Below, one piece after another: positions 28,823 through 40,630 of a stretch of DNA of 64,000 bases. The DNA lies in assembly GCA_016748015.1 (NCBI GenBank), contig JAAOMT010000219.1, forward strand, positions 1 through 64,000. The letters are read 5' to 3'. Every line of letters starts with the position of its first letter. Position 1 is the stretch's first letter. The position numbers were made by a program, and so were the translations under genes. The notes under the pieces were generated by a model. That model saw only the letters and a program-made list of their open reading frames with translations, was not told where the DNA came from and did not search any database. This DNA is from Geosiphon pyriformis uo1. Lineage: Eukaryota; Fungi; Glomeromycota.

Positions 28823-29649
28823 AATATTGAGCTCTATTGAGATCTCTTAATTCTAATTTTCTGTTTCTGAGTATTTCTTGAATTTTTTTTTCAAGAATTA
28901 CTTGTGCTATCTTGTTCTGTAATTCTTCAAATTGAGCATTTGTTATTTTTTCTATTTGGTTAATGGTAATGGAGTTTATTTTTGGATTAAGTAAAATATC
29001 TGGTTGATCTTAAAATCCAGTGTGTAGCCAATAAATAGCTCTTGCTTGTGTGGTCAAATTGTTTTTCCCCATGAATTGTTCTAGTTGTTACAGTATTGTT
29101 GTGTCAAATAATTGTTTTGTTTTATCCATGTACAAGCCCTGAATGTTCAAGTGTTGTCCCAAATAAAAGTAGCAAAAGTTTTTTGGAAATTGTTGTATCC
29201 ACTAATTCCAAGTTTCTATAGTTAACTCTTGATATTGGATGACTTTTGGTTGTGTTTCTATTGCCAATTTCACTTTTGTGATTATTTTGTCCACAGTATT
29301 CTCTGTTTTTCTCCATATTTTATCTCATGGTTTTTTTCTGGTGTTTGTGTATCTAATAGTTTGTTGGTTGATTGTAATTTCTATCTTTTGTTGTTGGATC
29401 AGTTGAAAAAGTTGTTGTGCTAATGAGTGAATGCTATCAGTAATCTTTATTTTCTGCTGTTTTTTGTCACATATACTGTGTCTTTATATACTTTTTTTGG
29501 TTGTTCAATTTTACGTGTTTGATTCAATAATTATAATTGGTTCTAGATCTCGTGGAATCTCATCTGATTTGACTAGTATTCTCTGTACTCTTAATTGTGA
29601 AATATTACTGATGGATGATGTTGTTATACTGTGATATGATTTCAGTCAA

Positions 29650-30837
29650 TCTTTATGTTCTGCTTTGGTTAAGATTTTGTTGTTCAATCTTAATTTATAA
29701 GCTTTATTTCCAAGAATTTCTTCTATGTAAAATGATCTATCCCATTTGGGATCAAATTTTCCACTTCATTGTTTTTCCATTTTGGTACAATATAAAAGTA
29801 CTTTGTCTCCAATCTTGAATTCAACTGGTTTCTTTGATAGTTGGTTATCATGTCTTTCCTTTTGTTTTTTTTGTGACTTTTGTATGTTATCAGCTGCTTT
29901 TCACTTTTTATTTTCTAGTGTTTCTATTAAGTCATATGTTCTTCTCAACAATGTTTTTGGAAATTTTCTTCTGTTATTGGTTCTGTTGGATATGTTTGTA
30001 TTTCTATCTCCATTGGTAGTGTTGCTGTTCTACCATATACTAATTTAAATGGTGTTGTTTGTATAGTATCTTGTTTTATTATTCAATAAGCAAATAATAC
30101 TGATGGTATAAACAAATCTTATTTGTCTTGATTTTTTTGGCTGATTTTGGCAATTGTTTTACACAATGTTCTATTAAATCTTTTAACTAATCTATTGGTT
30201 TGTGGATGGTATAGTAATGACAATAGTCTTTTGATTCAAATCTTTGATTTAATTTTTCTAATGTTCTATTCACAAAGTGAGTTTCTTAATCTGATAATAG
30301 TTCTTTTGAACATTTGTGTTAACAAATCAAATCTTGATGAACAAATTCAGCAATGGATTCTGTATCTGCTTTTTGAATGGCTTTTGCTTCTGGCCATTTT
30401 ATGAGATAATCTATGGCTACTGCAATATATCTGTTGCCTCTACTGGTTATTGTTAATGGTCCAACTAAGTCAATTCTGATATGATTGAATGGTTGTCCTA
30501 CTTTGATTGGTCTCAATGGTTTACTGGGTTTTGTTCCTTCTCTTCTCTAACAAGCATCACAATTTTGAACATATTGGATGATGTCTGGATACATTAATGG
30601 CCAATAGTATCTTTTTCTGGTTTTTTCTATTGTTGGTTCTTTATAAAAATGTTTTGCTGTTGAATCTGAGTACATGTTGAACAATATTGTCTCTTTTTCT
30701 GGTTCTGTGATTACTCTGGTTGGTTGATCTGAATTCTTTTTGTTTTTTTGGTAAAGTATATTTTGGTGGTTAATAAAATATTTTAATTGTTGTTTTATGT
30801 TATTTTGTTTCTTTTGAGATAATTTCTCCTTGAACAA
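29650..30837 (-). pseudogene. Integrase (HHCC relic, rve core, GPY/F-like tail)
   Basis: KHFYKEPTIEKTRKRYYWPLMYPDIIQYVQNCDAC; PFNHIRIDLVGPL...YIAVAIDYLIKWPEAKAI. Confidence 0.9.
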
Positions 30838-30939
30838 TTGGGTATTTATATAATATTAGAGTTGTTAATATTTTTGTATATTCATTTTTTGTTATATTTT
30901 TGAGTTGAAATGTTTTTAAATTTGTCTCATTTATGATAA

Positions 30940-32250
30940 ATCATCAGCATTTCTATTGTCTTTTCTCTTTTTATAATGTACTGTAAATGTATATGATGAT
31001 AATGTTATTTTCTATTTTGCATGGTGATCATTTCTAAATTCTTAATTCTGGATCAAAGTTAATCCCTTGTGATCTGTGTATATGTCAAATTTCTGGCTTA
31101 AGTATTTTTTTCATTTTATAACTGCCCAATAGATTGCTAAATGTTCTAATGCTGGTGTTCTATAGTTCTTTTCTGCTGAACTCAAGCTTCAGCTGGCATA
31201 TGCTACTGGATGTTCTCTTCCATTCAGTTTTCTCTGTGATAAGACTGCTCTCAATGCTTGTCCTGATGCATCTGTAGTAATGATGAATGGTTTACTGTAA
31301 TCTGAATAGATTAGTACTGGAGCTTGAATAAGTTTTCTTTTCAAAGTGTCAAATGCTTTTTGTTGAGCTTCTGTCTATTTATACTTTATATTCTTGGTTT
31401 GTAGATAATGAAGTGGCTGAGCCAGTTTAAAAAAGTTCTTGATAAAGTGACAATAATAGTCTGTGAATACCAAAAATGTTCTTAGTTCTGTCAAATTGGT
31501 TGGTACTGAAAAGTTTTTTACTATTGCAATCTTATTCAGATCTGTTTTAATGCCATCTTTGCTCACCACATGTCCTAAGAACTTGAGTTCTGTTTTGCCA
31601 AAGAAGTATTTGTTTGCATTCAATTTCAATTCTGCTTGTTTAAGTCTTTTAAATACTTGTTGGAGATGATATAAATAATCATCAAATGTTTTAGAAAACA
31701 CATTAGTGTTATCCAAGTATACAACTACTGATTTTTATAGTAGTCCAATATAGACAATTTTTATCAATTTTTGAAATATGGCTGGAGCATTCATTAAGCC
31801 AAATAGCATGACTTCAAATTTAAAATTTTTTTCTTGAGTTGTGAATGCTGTTTTTTTCTTGTTTTCTGGTTTTATGGCTACTTGTCAATAACCACTGTTC
31901 AAATCTAGAGTTGAAAACCATTTTTTCTCTTTAAAAGTGTCAAACAGTTCTTGAATTTTTGGAGTTGGATAGTTATCACCTTTGGTTACTCCATTTAATT
32001 TCTAGTAATCCATACAAAAGCATATTTTTCCATTTTTCTTACAGACTAGTACCATTAATAATAACCATGGGCTTATTAATAGTTGAATTAACCTGTTGTC
32101 AAGCATCTAGTTGATTTCTTGACAAATGATCTTATGGCTGACTAGTGGTACTCTGTACACTCTTTGTTTAATTGGCATTGCATTTCCAGTCTTGATCTAG
32201 TGCTAGATTATGTCAGTTCTACCAAATTCATTTTCACTGGCAAAGATGTT
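30940..32250 (-). pseudogene. Reverse transcriptase and RNase H of Gypsy C
   Basis: VVYLDNTNVFSKTFDDYLYHLQQVF (YLDD mutated to YLDN), KFLGHVVS, PFIITTDASGQAL, DIYTDHKGL. Confidence 0.9.
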
Positions 32251-32749
32251 ATTAAAATTGCTGAGTAATATCTTAAGCTACATACATTGTAATGGATCTA
32301 GATTTTTCAAGTTCATCTGTTTCAATTGTTCTAGTTAGAGCAGATAGCATTTTTCTCATCTGTACATTGTTTGTGATGTGATATTTACATATCCGCACAG
32401 TTGTGGAAAGTCTGAAATGGGGTTTGGCAGTTGGTCTTTAATTTTGGTGGTGAGATATCCAATGTTGGTTTCTTCTGGTATCTTGATGATATTTTCTATG
32501 TTGTTGTAAATAAAAATTCTAATATAACTGTGGTTTTTGGCTAGTATGTGTAGATTAACTAATCCAATCTTTTCTGATTCACAAAGTGTTGCTTCTATCT
32601 CAAAAATTTGAACCTAATCCTTTACTTTCCTTTTTATGACTACCATATATTGGTCATATGATAGAATAGAGATTGATTGACAAATAAAAATAATTTTTCT
32701 CTTGTTAATAATCTCTTTTTCTGTTATATTGACTGGTATATTTATTCTA

Positions 32750-33180
32750 CCTGTAGATCCAAATCTCTGTATCCTTCTAACTGTAATCTCTAACTCTTTT
32801 CTCTTTCCCACTGAAACTAACTGAGCTATTTTTACCAAAGGTAAGAATATTGTCTGTGCTATTTTTTTATTTGGCTCTATAATATAGACTTTTTCTGAGT
32901 CATTTTGTAGCATTGCAATAATATTTCTTATATATCCTGTGTCAATTATTCCTCCTCTGATATTGATTCTTCTTTTCACTAAACTACTCTTAAATGCTAG
33001 TTGAATCATAGTTGTTGTTGAGATTTCTAGTGCTAGTTTGAGATCAATGCAAGTGCATGAATAGAGTTTCAATTTGATAGCATTTTTTTTTGGATATTTT
33101 AGATCAAATTCTGCATTAGTATTATGCATATGTTCTGGCATAATACCTTCATCATTGTCACTAAACCATTTCAGTTTCTG
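32750..33180 (-). pseudogene. dUTPase domain within pol
   Basis: All five trimeric dUTPase motifs in mutated form: AEFDL, QLAFKSSL, GGIIDTGYIRNI, KIAQTIF, RRIQRFGSTG. Confidence 0.9.
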
Positions 33181-34358
33181 CTCCTTAGAGAGGTCAGGAA
33201 GTGCAATGTATTGTTCAGAATTTAAATCAGAGTTTAAATCATCATAATTTTTATTGCTATTTTGAATGAAGCTAGAACCATTATTTTCATCATTATTATT
33301 GTCAGAGTTTGAATTGAGATTAAAAGTTGATTCTGATTCTGATTCTGATACATAACTGCTGATTGGTTTTTCTTTCTCTGAAATTGTGTAGATCATGCAT
33401 GGTAGTAGAATGTAAATAAGGTCATACTTATTACAATATTAAAAGTCACATGGGATCAAACAGTAGTCACATAATCAGGTGTTTATTTCTTCCAAGTGCT
33501 GTTTCTGCTTTTTTCTTGTTGGTGCCAAATTTTGGTAATGCTCATAAAACTCTTCTGGACCTGTTTTTATATTGAGAAAAACATCTAAGTTTGGGATAAA
33601 TATGATGTTGACTGGTTCTGGAGGATTATTTTTAATTTCAGAAATTTTGCTGGACATGACTTCTTCAACTTTTGCATTTGCCATTCTTCAGATCTTGTCT
33701 TTATCATGTGGGTAGCCATCTAAGCGAGTTATTGCTTGATGCCAGACTATAGTAATAGGAGTGTCCTGACTAATCCAATTACTTATAAAGATCGTGTATT
33801 GGCATGAAGTGTTATATGTTTTTTTTTAACCAGAAATATTGTTCTATATTCCTTTGTTGAGCAACTGTTCTGCACAAGCAAGACATGGTTCATTGTCCCA
33901 CTTGCCTTGTCATTTTGGATATCTATATCATTCTCTGTAATATAGTTTGCAGTAATAGTGGGTTTATGTCCAGTCATCTTTGTCTGGCAGAACTCAAGCT
34001 TTTATGGAAGATAATTTCTTCTTGCAGTTTTTACACCTAAGTAGAATATAAGATGGTTCTGGCTTGGTATCTGTGAAGTAGGAATTTTCCCAACCACTAG
34101 TTTTTGTGTTGTCTTGGTTTTTTTCAAATATGTTTTTTTCCTTTTTTTTTCCTTTTTTTTTGTTTTTTTCTTCTCAGTTTAGAATTAATGGTAGCTTGTT
34201 ATGGTCATTATTGGCCCAAAAAATTTGATATGCCTTCCAGATAAGTTTTTTTTCTTCTTTTTTGTACCCAATGAGTGGTGCTAATGACATGTTGATAGGC
34301 TTAAAGTGGCCACACATGTGTGTTGACCGTTTTGGCTAAGTTAGAGCTCTTGAGTGTT

Positions 34359-34680
34359 TTAATCGAGCATTGCATTAATTTTGGACAGCCAATCATTGCT
34401 CATGAGTGCTTGGTACTGAGTGGCTTCCATGACTAATATCTTGATTGGTACAATAATACCATTAACTTTAATGGATAAGTCATCTATTTTACCAATTGGA
34501 ATCTTGGTGGTTCCATCAGTAGTAATTATCCTTGCACTGGCAGTTTGATTAACTTGGTAACTTAATTGGTCTATGAGCTGTTTTGTGATAATACTGCCAG
34601 CTAATCCACTATCTAGGATCAGTTTGATAGAATAACCATTAATTTTGGCATCAGTGTACATTGTTGTGATGGGTTTTTTC
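34359..34680 (-). pseudogene. Retropepsin-type aspartic protease of Gypsy C
   Basis: IKLILDSGLAGSIITKQLIDQL...QALMSNDWL. Confidence 0.9.
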
Positions 34681-35249
34681 TCAAGTGCAGCTCTATTGAA
34701 CAAAAGGGTTTCTAGTGGTTCTTCAATTTCAAAGAAAAATATAGCTGCAAGTGACTTGTCTTCCATGATGGTAGCTGAAGGTATATTGCTAGTAGGTAAT
34801 TTGTCTTGGTTGGGTTTCCAGTTGTTGGGTGAAGTGTCTTCTGGGATAACCAGAAGACTTAAATAGTGTTGGGCATTCAAATTTTGGGTGTACTTAGTGC
34901 CCAAATTCTATTGTTGAGATCTTGATGGCTGGGTTGAGGAACTGGGGATCAGTTAATGAACTACCATCAACAATTTCTAGCTTTGTTGTGTCAGTCTTGG
35001 TCTTTGAGTTCTGTTTTGAGGTAAGTTTTGGGATGATGTTTGAATTTGTTGGGATTGATAGATTACTTGAGGCTGTGGCTGATAGATAGGTTGGAATTGT
35101 GGTTGATATGTGATGGGTGTTGTTGACTGATAAATTGGAGCTTGATATATGGGTGGTTAATAAATTGGTTGTTGTATCATTTGGGTGTAATAAGGTGGAT
35201 ATTGATCCTGATTTGAGTATTGATTCAGAGCTTGAAATCTGCAATTGGG

Positions 35250-37000
35250 TTTTCAATACTGGTTTTCTGATTATTGGTTTTCTATTCTTAACCTACAGTC
35301 AATTCTCAAATGTTCTTGTTTACTACAGTAGTGGTAAACATGTATTTCCTGCTGTTACTGTTAATTGGTCGAAAATGATAGATGTGACTGATTCTGAAAA
35401 TGATTTGTGTTTTCTTGATTATTGCATTATTGTGAAGGTTGATAAACTGCCTGATTGTTAGCTAAGTACTTTTCTAATTTTTGGTCAATGGAATCAAATT
35501 GTTTTAGCTTAGAATCCAATTCAAATAATCTATTCATCACTAGATTAATGACTTGAGCATGGTTAGCTTCAAGTTCAGCAGCTTTGAAATCTCATGTATT
35601 GGTAACTGCATCTTAAAGAGTTTGTGGATGCATTGGGCATACATATTGAAGGATGCTACTATGCAGTCTATGGATGAACTGGTTTAGAATCTGTGGTGCT
35701 GTAAAATAGTCAGCTTGGATTGCTTGAATTTGGCACAAGTTCCTGTAGAAATATTCCAAATAAGTGGTAACTGTTTCAGTTTCTCTCTGTTTGATTGTGG
35801 TGAAGATGTTAGTTAAGCGATTAATACTGTTATTATTACTGAAATATCCTAAGAATACAATTTTAAATTCTTAAAATGTTTGAGGTTTGGTGGCTAAACT
35901 TTGATACCATGAATTAGTGGTATCTTGTAAGAAATAGGGGATGGCTTGGAGTGCTCTAGCATTGTTCTATTTATTGACTGTAATGGCTTTTTCTATATTA
36001 TTCAAACACACTTGTGCATTATTCTCTTTACCTGTGAATTTCTCAAGTTTTGCTATTGGGGCATAGGCCATTGGATCCACATTTGGTTGTTGTGGTGGTT
36101 GAAGGGGTAGTGGTTGAGGTGGTATTGGCAGCTGTTGAAGTTGTTCAGCAATTGGATCAATTGGTTGCTGATTGATGACAATTTCTGGAGGTAAGTTTTC
36201 CTAATTAATTAACTTGAGATTCGGATTATTTGGATTTTGCTGGATTTGAATATTTGGAGTTTCAACTTCTGGATTTTTTGTAATCGGATTTTGATAATTA
36301 AATTCTTGATCCTCACTTTCTTCTTCTTCTGATTCTGTTACTTTCTATGAACTCATGGTTCCAAAATCTGGTTGAAGTAGTGGTAATTGAAATTTTGATG
36401 GCATTGGTGATCGTGATTTAAATCCTTCAAAATATTTGCCATATGGTTTTAATAACTCTGCTCTTCTTTGTTTACTTTGAAATAGGAATTGTCCAAAGGT
36501 TGATGTCATATTTGATGTGAATGTGTCTGCTAAGGAGATATTGATGGTACTTCCTAGTGTATAATAATATGATAGATTGGTTAGTAATTTAACTCTGGTT
36601 TTCTTCTAAGTGGATGGTTGTATCTTTTTGGATGTTACTGCTGGTGTTTGCAATCTTCCTTTGTCTTTGTCTATATAGGTGATGGGAAATTGTTGTTGGA
36701 TATATCTTTCAATAGTTTGATTGATTTCCCTGATGATTAGTGTGAAACTGTAGTTTCTTAGTAAACTGGTATGTTAGAATAATTTTATATAGAAATTTTC
36801 TCTTGCAAATTCAATGTTAACTGTTTTTCCTAAGCAGTCTGTGATTTTATTGTTGACATAAAAGTTGAAGGCTGATTCTGCTGGAAAATGATTATTGTTT
36901 AATCTTAATTGTTGGCTGTACTATTGAAACAAGAATTTGGCGAATCCTAAATAGTTTGCTTCTATGATTTCTGATTCTGCCACTTTTGGATAATTGTTGC
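35250..37000 (-). pseudogene. gag relic of Gypsy C
   Basis: MAYAPIAKLEKFTG...ALQAIPYFLQDTTNSWYQSL, a retrotransposon gag-like segment located between the PBS and the protease. Confidence 0.7.
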
Positions 37001-37025
37001 TAGTGCTGGTTCTCTGTAAAATTAT

Positions 37026-37045
37026 ATCTTACAGAGAGCACTAAA
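37026..37045 (-). other. Primer-binding site (consensus of the copies TGGTGCTCTCTGTGAG, resembling the complement of an elongator tRNA-Met 3' end)
   Basis: cttacagagagcactaaa abuts the LTR; the copy at 13597-13614 retains ACCA. The tRNA identity is inferred. Confidence 0.6.
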
Positions 37046-37897
37046 TGTTACAAGTAATTATTTGGAGTATTAAAACAAATAACAAACCTGTAACTTGGTG
37101 CTTGATTGATATTCTGGTGTTGATATCTGATAGTTTGGTTGATCTGAAAATGTTGTTGTGAAGTTTTTTGTATAATGGACAGAGATTCAATAGTTGTTTC
37201 AGTAGTCTTCTAGAATCACAATTCCATTGAATTTTTTTCTCAGTGTGGTGGCCAGTAATTTTTCTGGTAAGCTATTCTTAAATCTATGAGTGTTTTACCT
37301 TTGTTTCACGAGTCTTTTACCAGTTCCTATAACATCTATAATTCAGCATTTAATCTTTAATCAATTAGTAAACCCAAAAAAATAACAAAAAAGAAATAAA
37401 AGAAAAATACAAGAATATAACAAAATCAACAAAAACAATTGCAAGTTAGTATTCCGTTAATAGCCATGATCAAGAACTATTGTTCCAATGTAGTTAAATA
37501 TTAATTACTATCAACATGAAGTATTGATAATAGAGAGTGGATTTGAGATAGAGAATAATTATTTATTGATATTTGTAAGTTGAAAGGTTGCTTAGATTAA
37601 ATCTAAACTGAGAGGTCTATCTTTTCTACTTCTAATGCTACCACTATATATACATAATTGAGATTTCTCAATTCCTCAATTCTTCACACCAGGAACCCTG
37701 GAATTCCTGGAATCTTGCAATTTTTTTGAGAAGAATCCTGGAATTCTGGAATCCTGCAATTTCTTATATGAAAATCCTGAAATTTCTGGAATTCTGCAAT
37801 TCCTCTGAAAGGAATTCTGGAATTCTACATTTTACTATAGTTACTTCTGATTGGCTAATTTATATGCTAATATACTTTTTATATTTTATAAGTAACA
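37046..37897 (-). repeat. 5' LTR of Gypsy C
   Basis: tgttacaag...agtaaca. Confidence 0.95.
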
Positions 37898-38939
37898 ATA
37901 TATAAAAAATCAGTTCTCAATTTTTTTGTAAAAGAATAAATCTTTTACTCTTCTGTTTAATTTCTTTCAGAATTTATTCATTTGATTAGTTTTTTGATTG
38001 CTTTGGTGTATTTAATTACAACTTCACCAGAATTTTGAGTTTTTTTTTTAATTTTATATGCTATTTTGAGATTAAAATGAGAGTTCTGAATTTGTTTTTA
38101 AACTAAGTAGTAAAAAAAGTATTTTCTTCTTCAGTATTTGTTAATGTTTATCTAATAATTTTTTGGTAAGTACCAACATCAGTTTTTTGTGAAAACCAAG
38201 TAGCAAAAGAGCCTTGAAAATAGCCACCAACAATTTGAAACTTATATTCTGCATTATACTAATATGTAGTGACTGCTTTTTTAAAATTATCTAACTATTT
38301 AATTGGGTTTTAAGCATTACTTTTAAATAGTTGTAATAAGATGTTGTTTCTTTACTCCAAAGCAGTTTGTATATTTTGAAGAACAGCTAGAATGTTTGTT
38401 TGCATAAGATTAATAGCTATTGGTTCAGGAGTAATAGTTTGTATAAAATGATCTGAATTACTTAAAAAAAAATTAAAAACAAAAGCAGTTTAGTAGCTTT
38501 CTTTTTCTGTTTTAAGAAAAGTTTCAGCTGATTGATGAACAGCAATCCAGATGTAAATTTGATGATTCAGATATTCAAAATCAAGAAACTATTGTTTAAA
38601 GATTGTTGAGTATAAAAGCTGATTAATGTTATTGTTTCTTTTTTCAAAATTGTTTTTAAAGTAAGTTTGGTTAAAAAAGTAAGTTGTATAGGCTGTATAG
38701 TTTTACCTGAGTGTTTATTTAGGAACCAGTTTCAAAAATCTTGGAAATGTTTACTGAATTGTTTTTCAACAAGAAAACAAATCAAACAGAAGAGCAAAAA
38801 ATTGAGTTCAATAAAGTTTAAATTGTTTTTGTTGTATGTTTCAAAGTGTTTTTTTAATTATTGTGACAGATATAAATAATCACTCATACAATAGAAAACA
38901 AAGTAGATTTTAACAACCTCATAGGAAACACCACTTTTA

Positions 38940-40120
38940 TGTTATAGATTGGAGTAACAAGCTAACAGATAGCAAGAAAAAACAGAATTGTAGGGTAATA
39001 AAAGAAATCAAAGGAAATTCAACTTCAAAGAGCAAATTAAATGAGTATAAATTCAATGTGTGAGATCAGTCTCATAAAATATCTTAGTCACTATACTTTT
39101 CAAAAGATAACCAGAGAATCTAAAGATAGAAAGATAGTTCATACTGTTAACAAATGATCACACACTAGTATAATTCTATGTCTCACATTGGTGCTCTTAG
39201 AATTCAATATCAGATATCAAATATACTCTTCAGTTATGTTTTATTTAATAATTTTTAAATACTACAATTATACAAGTTAGAAAAAGAGTAAGTAAATACC
39301 AACAAGTAATCTTTTATTTCAAGATGTTCAGATACTTGAAAATAAGAAAAAGAAATTTAGTGATAAGAGAAGGATTGAGATAAAGTTGTTATTTTATTTT
39401 TTGATTTTTACATGCTTTTTTATAGCTAAAAGATTCATTACTTATATTATTATTAAAAGTGATCAATGACTAGGTCAATAATCAAGTTAATGATTAGGTC
39501 AATGATCAGGTCAATAATTAGGTCAATGGTCAGATTATTGATCAGATCACTATCTAAAAATAGAGTGGTTAATTATATGATATTAGTGGCTAATATATGT
39601 AATAATTAATAAGAAATATAGGTTTTAACTATAACACTGTCAACAAATAATAACACACTAGTATAATTCTATGCCTCATATTAATGCTCTTAGAATTCAA
39701 TATTAGGTATTAAATATGCTTTTCAGTCATGTTTATTCAATAATTTTCAAATGCTAGAATTATATAAATCAGAAAAATAATAAATAAATGCCAACAAATA
39801 ATTTTTATTCCAAAATATTCAGATACTTAAAGATAAAAAAAAAAAAATTAGCAAAAAAAGAAGGATTAAGATAAAGTTGTTATTTTATTTCTTTGCTTTT
39901 ATTAATTTATACATGGTTTTTTACAGCTAAAAAATCCATTATTTATATAGCTATTGAATGTAGTTAAAGATTAGATTTATGACTAGATTAATAATTAAGT
40001 CAATAATCAGGTCAAAAATCAGGTTAATAATTACTATTTAAAAATAGTGTGGATAATTATATAATATTAATAGCTAATACATATAATAATTAATAAAATA
40101 TATGGATTTTAACTATAACA
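38940..40120 (-). repeat. 5' LTR of Gypsy B with a ~490-bp tandem duplication of its outer part
   Basis: Full LTR at 38940-39636; 39144-39636 is repeated at 39637-40120; 12-bp GATCAGGTCAAT-like array. Confidence 0.85.
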
Positions 40121-40630
40121 ATAGAATTATATTCAAAATTTTGTTTTAAAAAACTGGTTTTTGAGTTTGTAAATATATTTAATAAATTTAAAAAGACAAT
40201 TATATATATTATTATTTTTGTATAAAATATAATTATTTATTACAAGTTAAATATTTAGTTATTTAATACTAAATTATAAATATTTTATAAAATTTATAAT
40301 TTACTTATTAAAAATAGTTTAATAATTATTATTATTATAAAGTTAGTTTTAATAAAAATATTTTGGTTTTGTTTAGTTTTATTAACTTTTTAACTTTGGT
40401 GTTTTTTAAGTTTTATAATAATATTTATGTCTTTTATAATATAATATTGTTTTAATTAATTTAAATAATTAATTATATATAAAAAGAATATAAATCATAT
40501 TTATTTTAGAATTTGTATTTGTTTATATATTAAAGCAATAAAGTTTTTAAAAGTAAGCTGTAATTGTAAATTTTTTAACAATTTTTTTAATAATGTATAA
40601 ATAATAATAATAAAACATTATATTGCCTAA

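Larger units (their letters stand above)
27957..37897 (-). mobile_element. Ty3/Gypsy family C, full length (9.9 kb), dUTPase-encoding, inactivated by nonsense mutations
   Basis: About 850-bp LTRs at 27957-28807 and 37046-37897 with TG..CA ends; TSD ACAT/ATAT; PPT and PBS present; PR, dUTPase, RT, RH and IN recognisable in the ORF track. Confidence 0.95.
17927..40120 (-). mobile_element. Ty3/Gypsy family B (about 7.6 kb originally), expanded to 22 kb by nested insertions
   Basis: Homologous LTRs at 17927-18595 and 38940-40120. Perfect TSD ATAG (17923-17926 / 40121-40124). PBS relic cctcataggaaacacca at 38917-38933. gag, PR, RT, RH and IN pieces are collinear across the insertions. Confidence 0.85.

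Noticed and set aside
34880-35000. Possible programmed gag/pol frameshift
   Set aside because: The frame changes here, but mutation load and nearby homopolymers prevent identifying a slippery site from one copy.
37026-37045. tRNA-like sequence
   Set aside because: Only a ~16-nt 3'-end match (a PBS); no cloverleaf, so not a tRNA gene.
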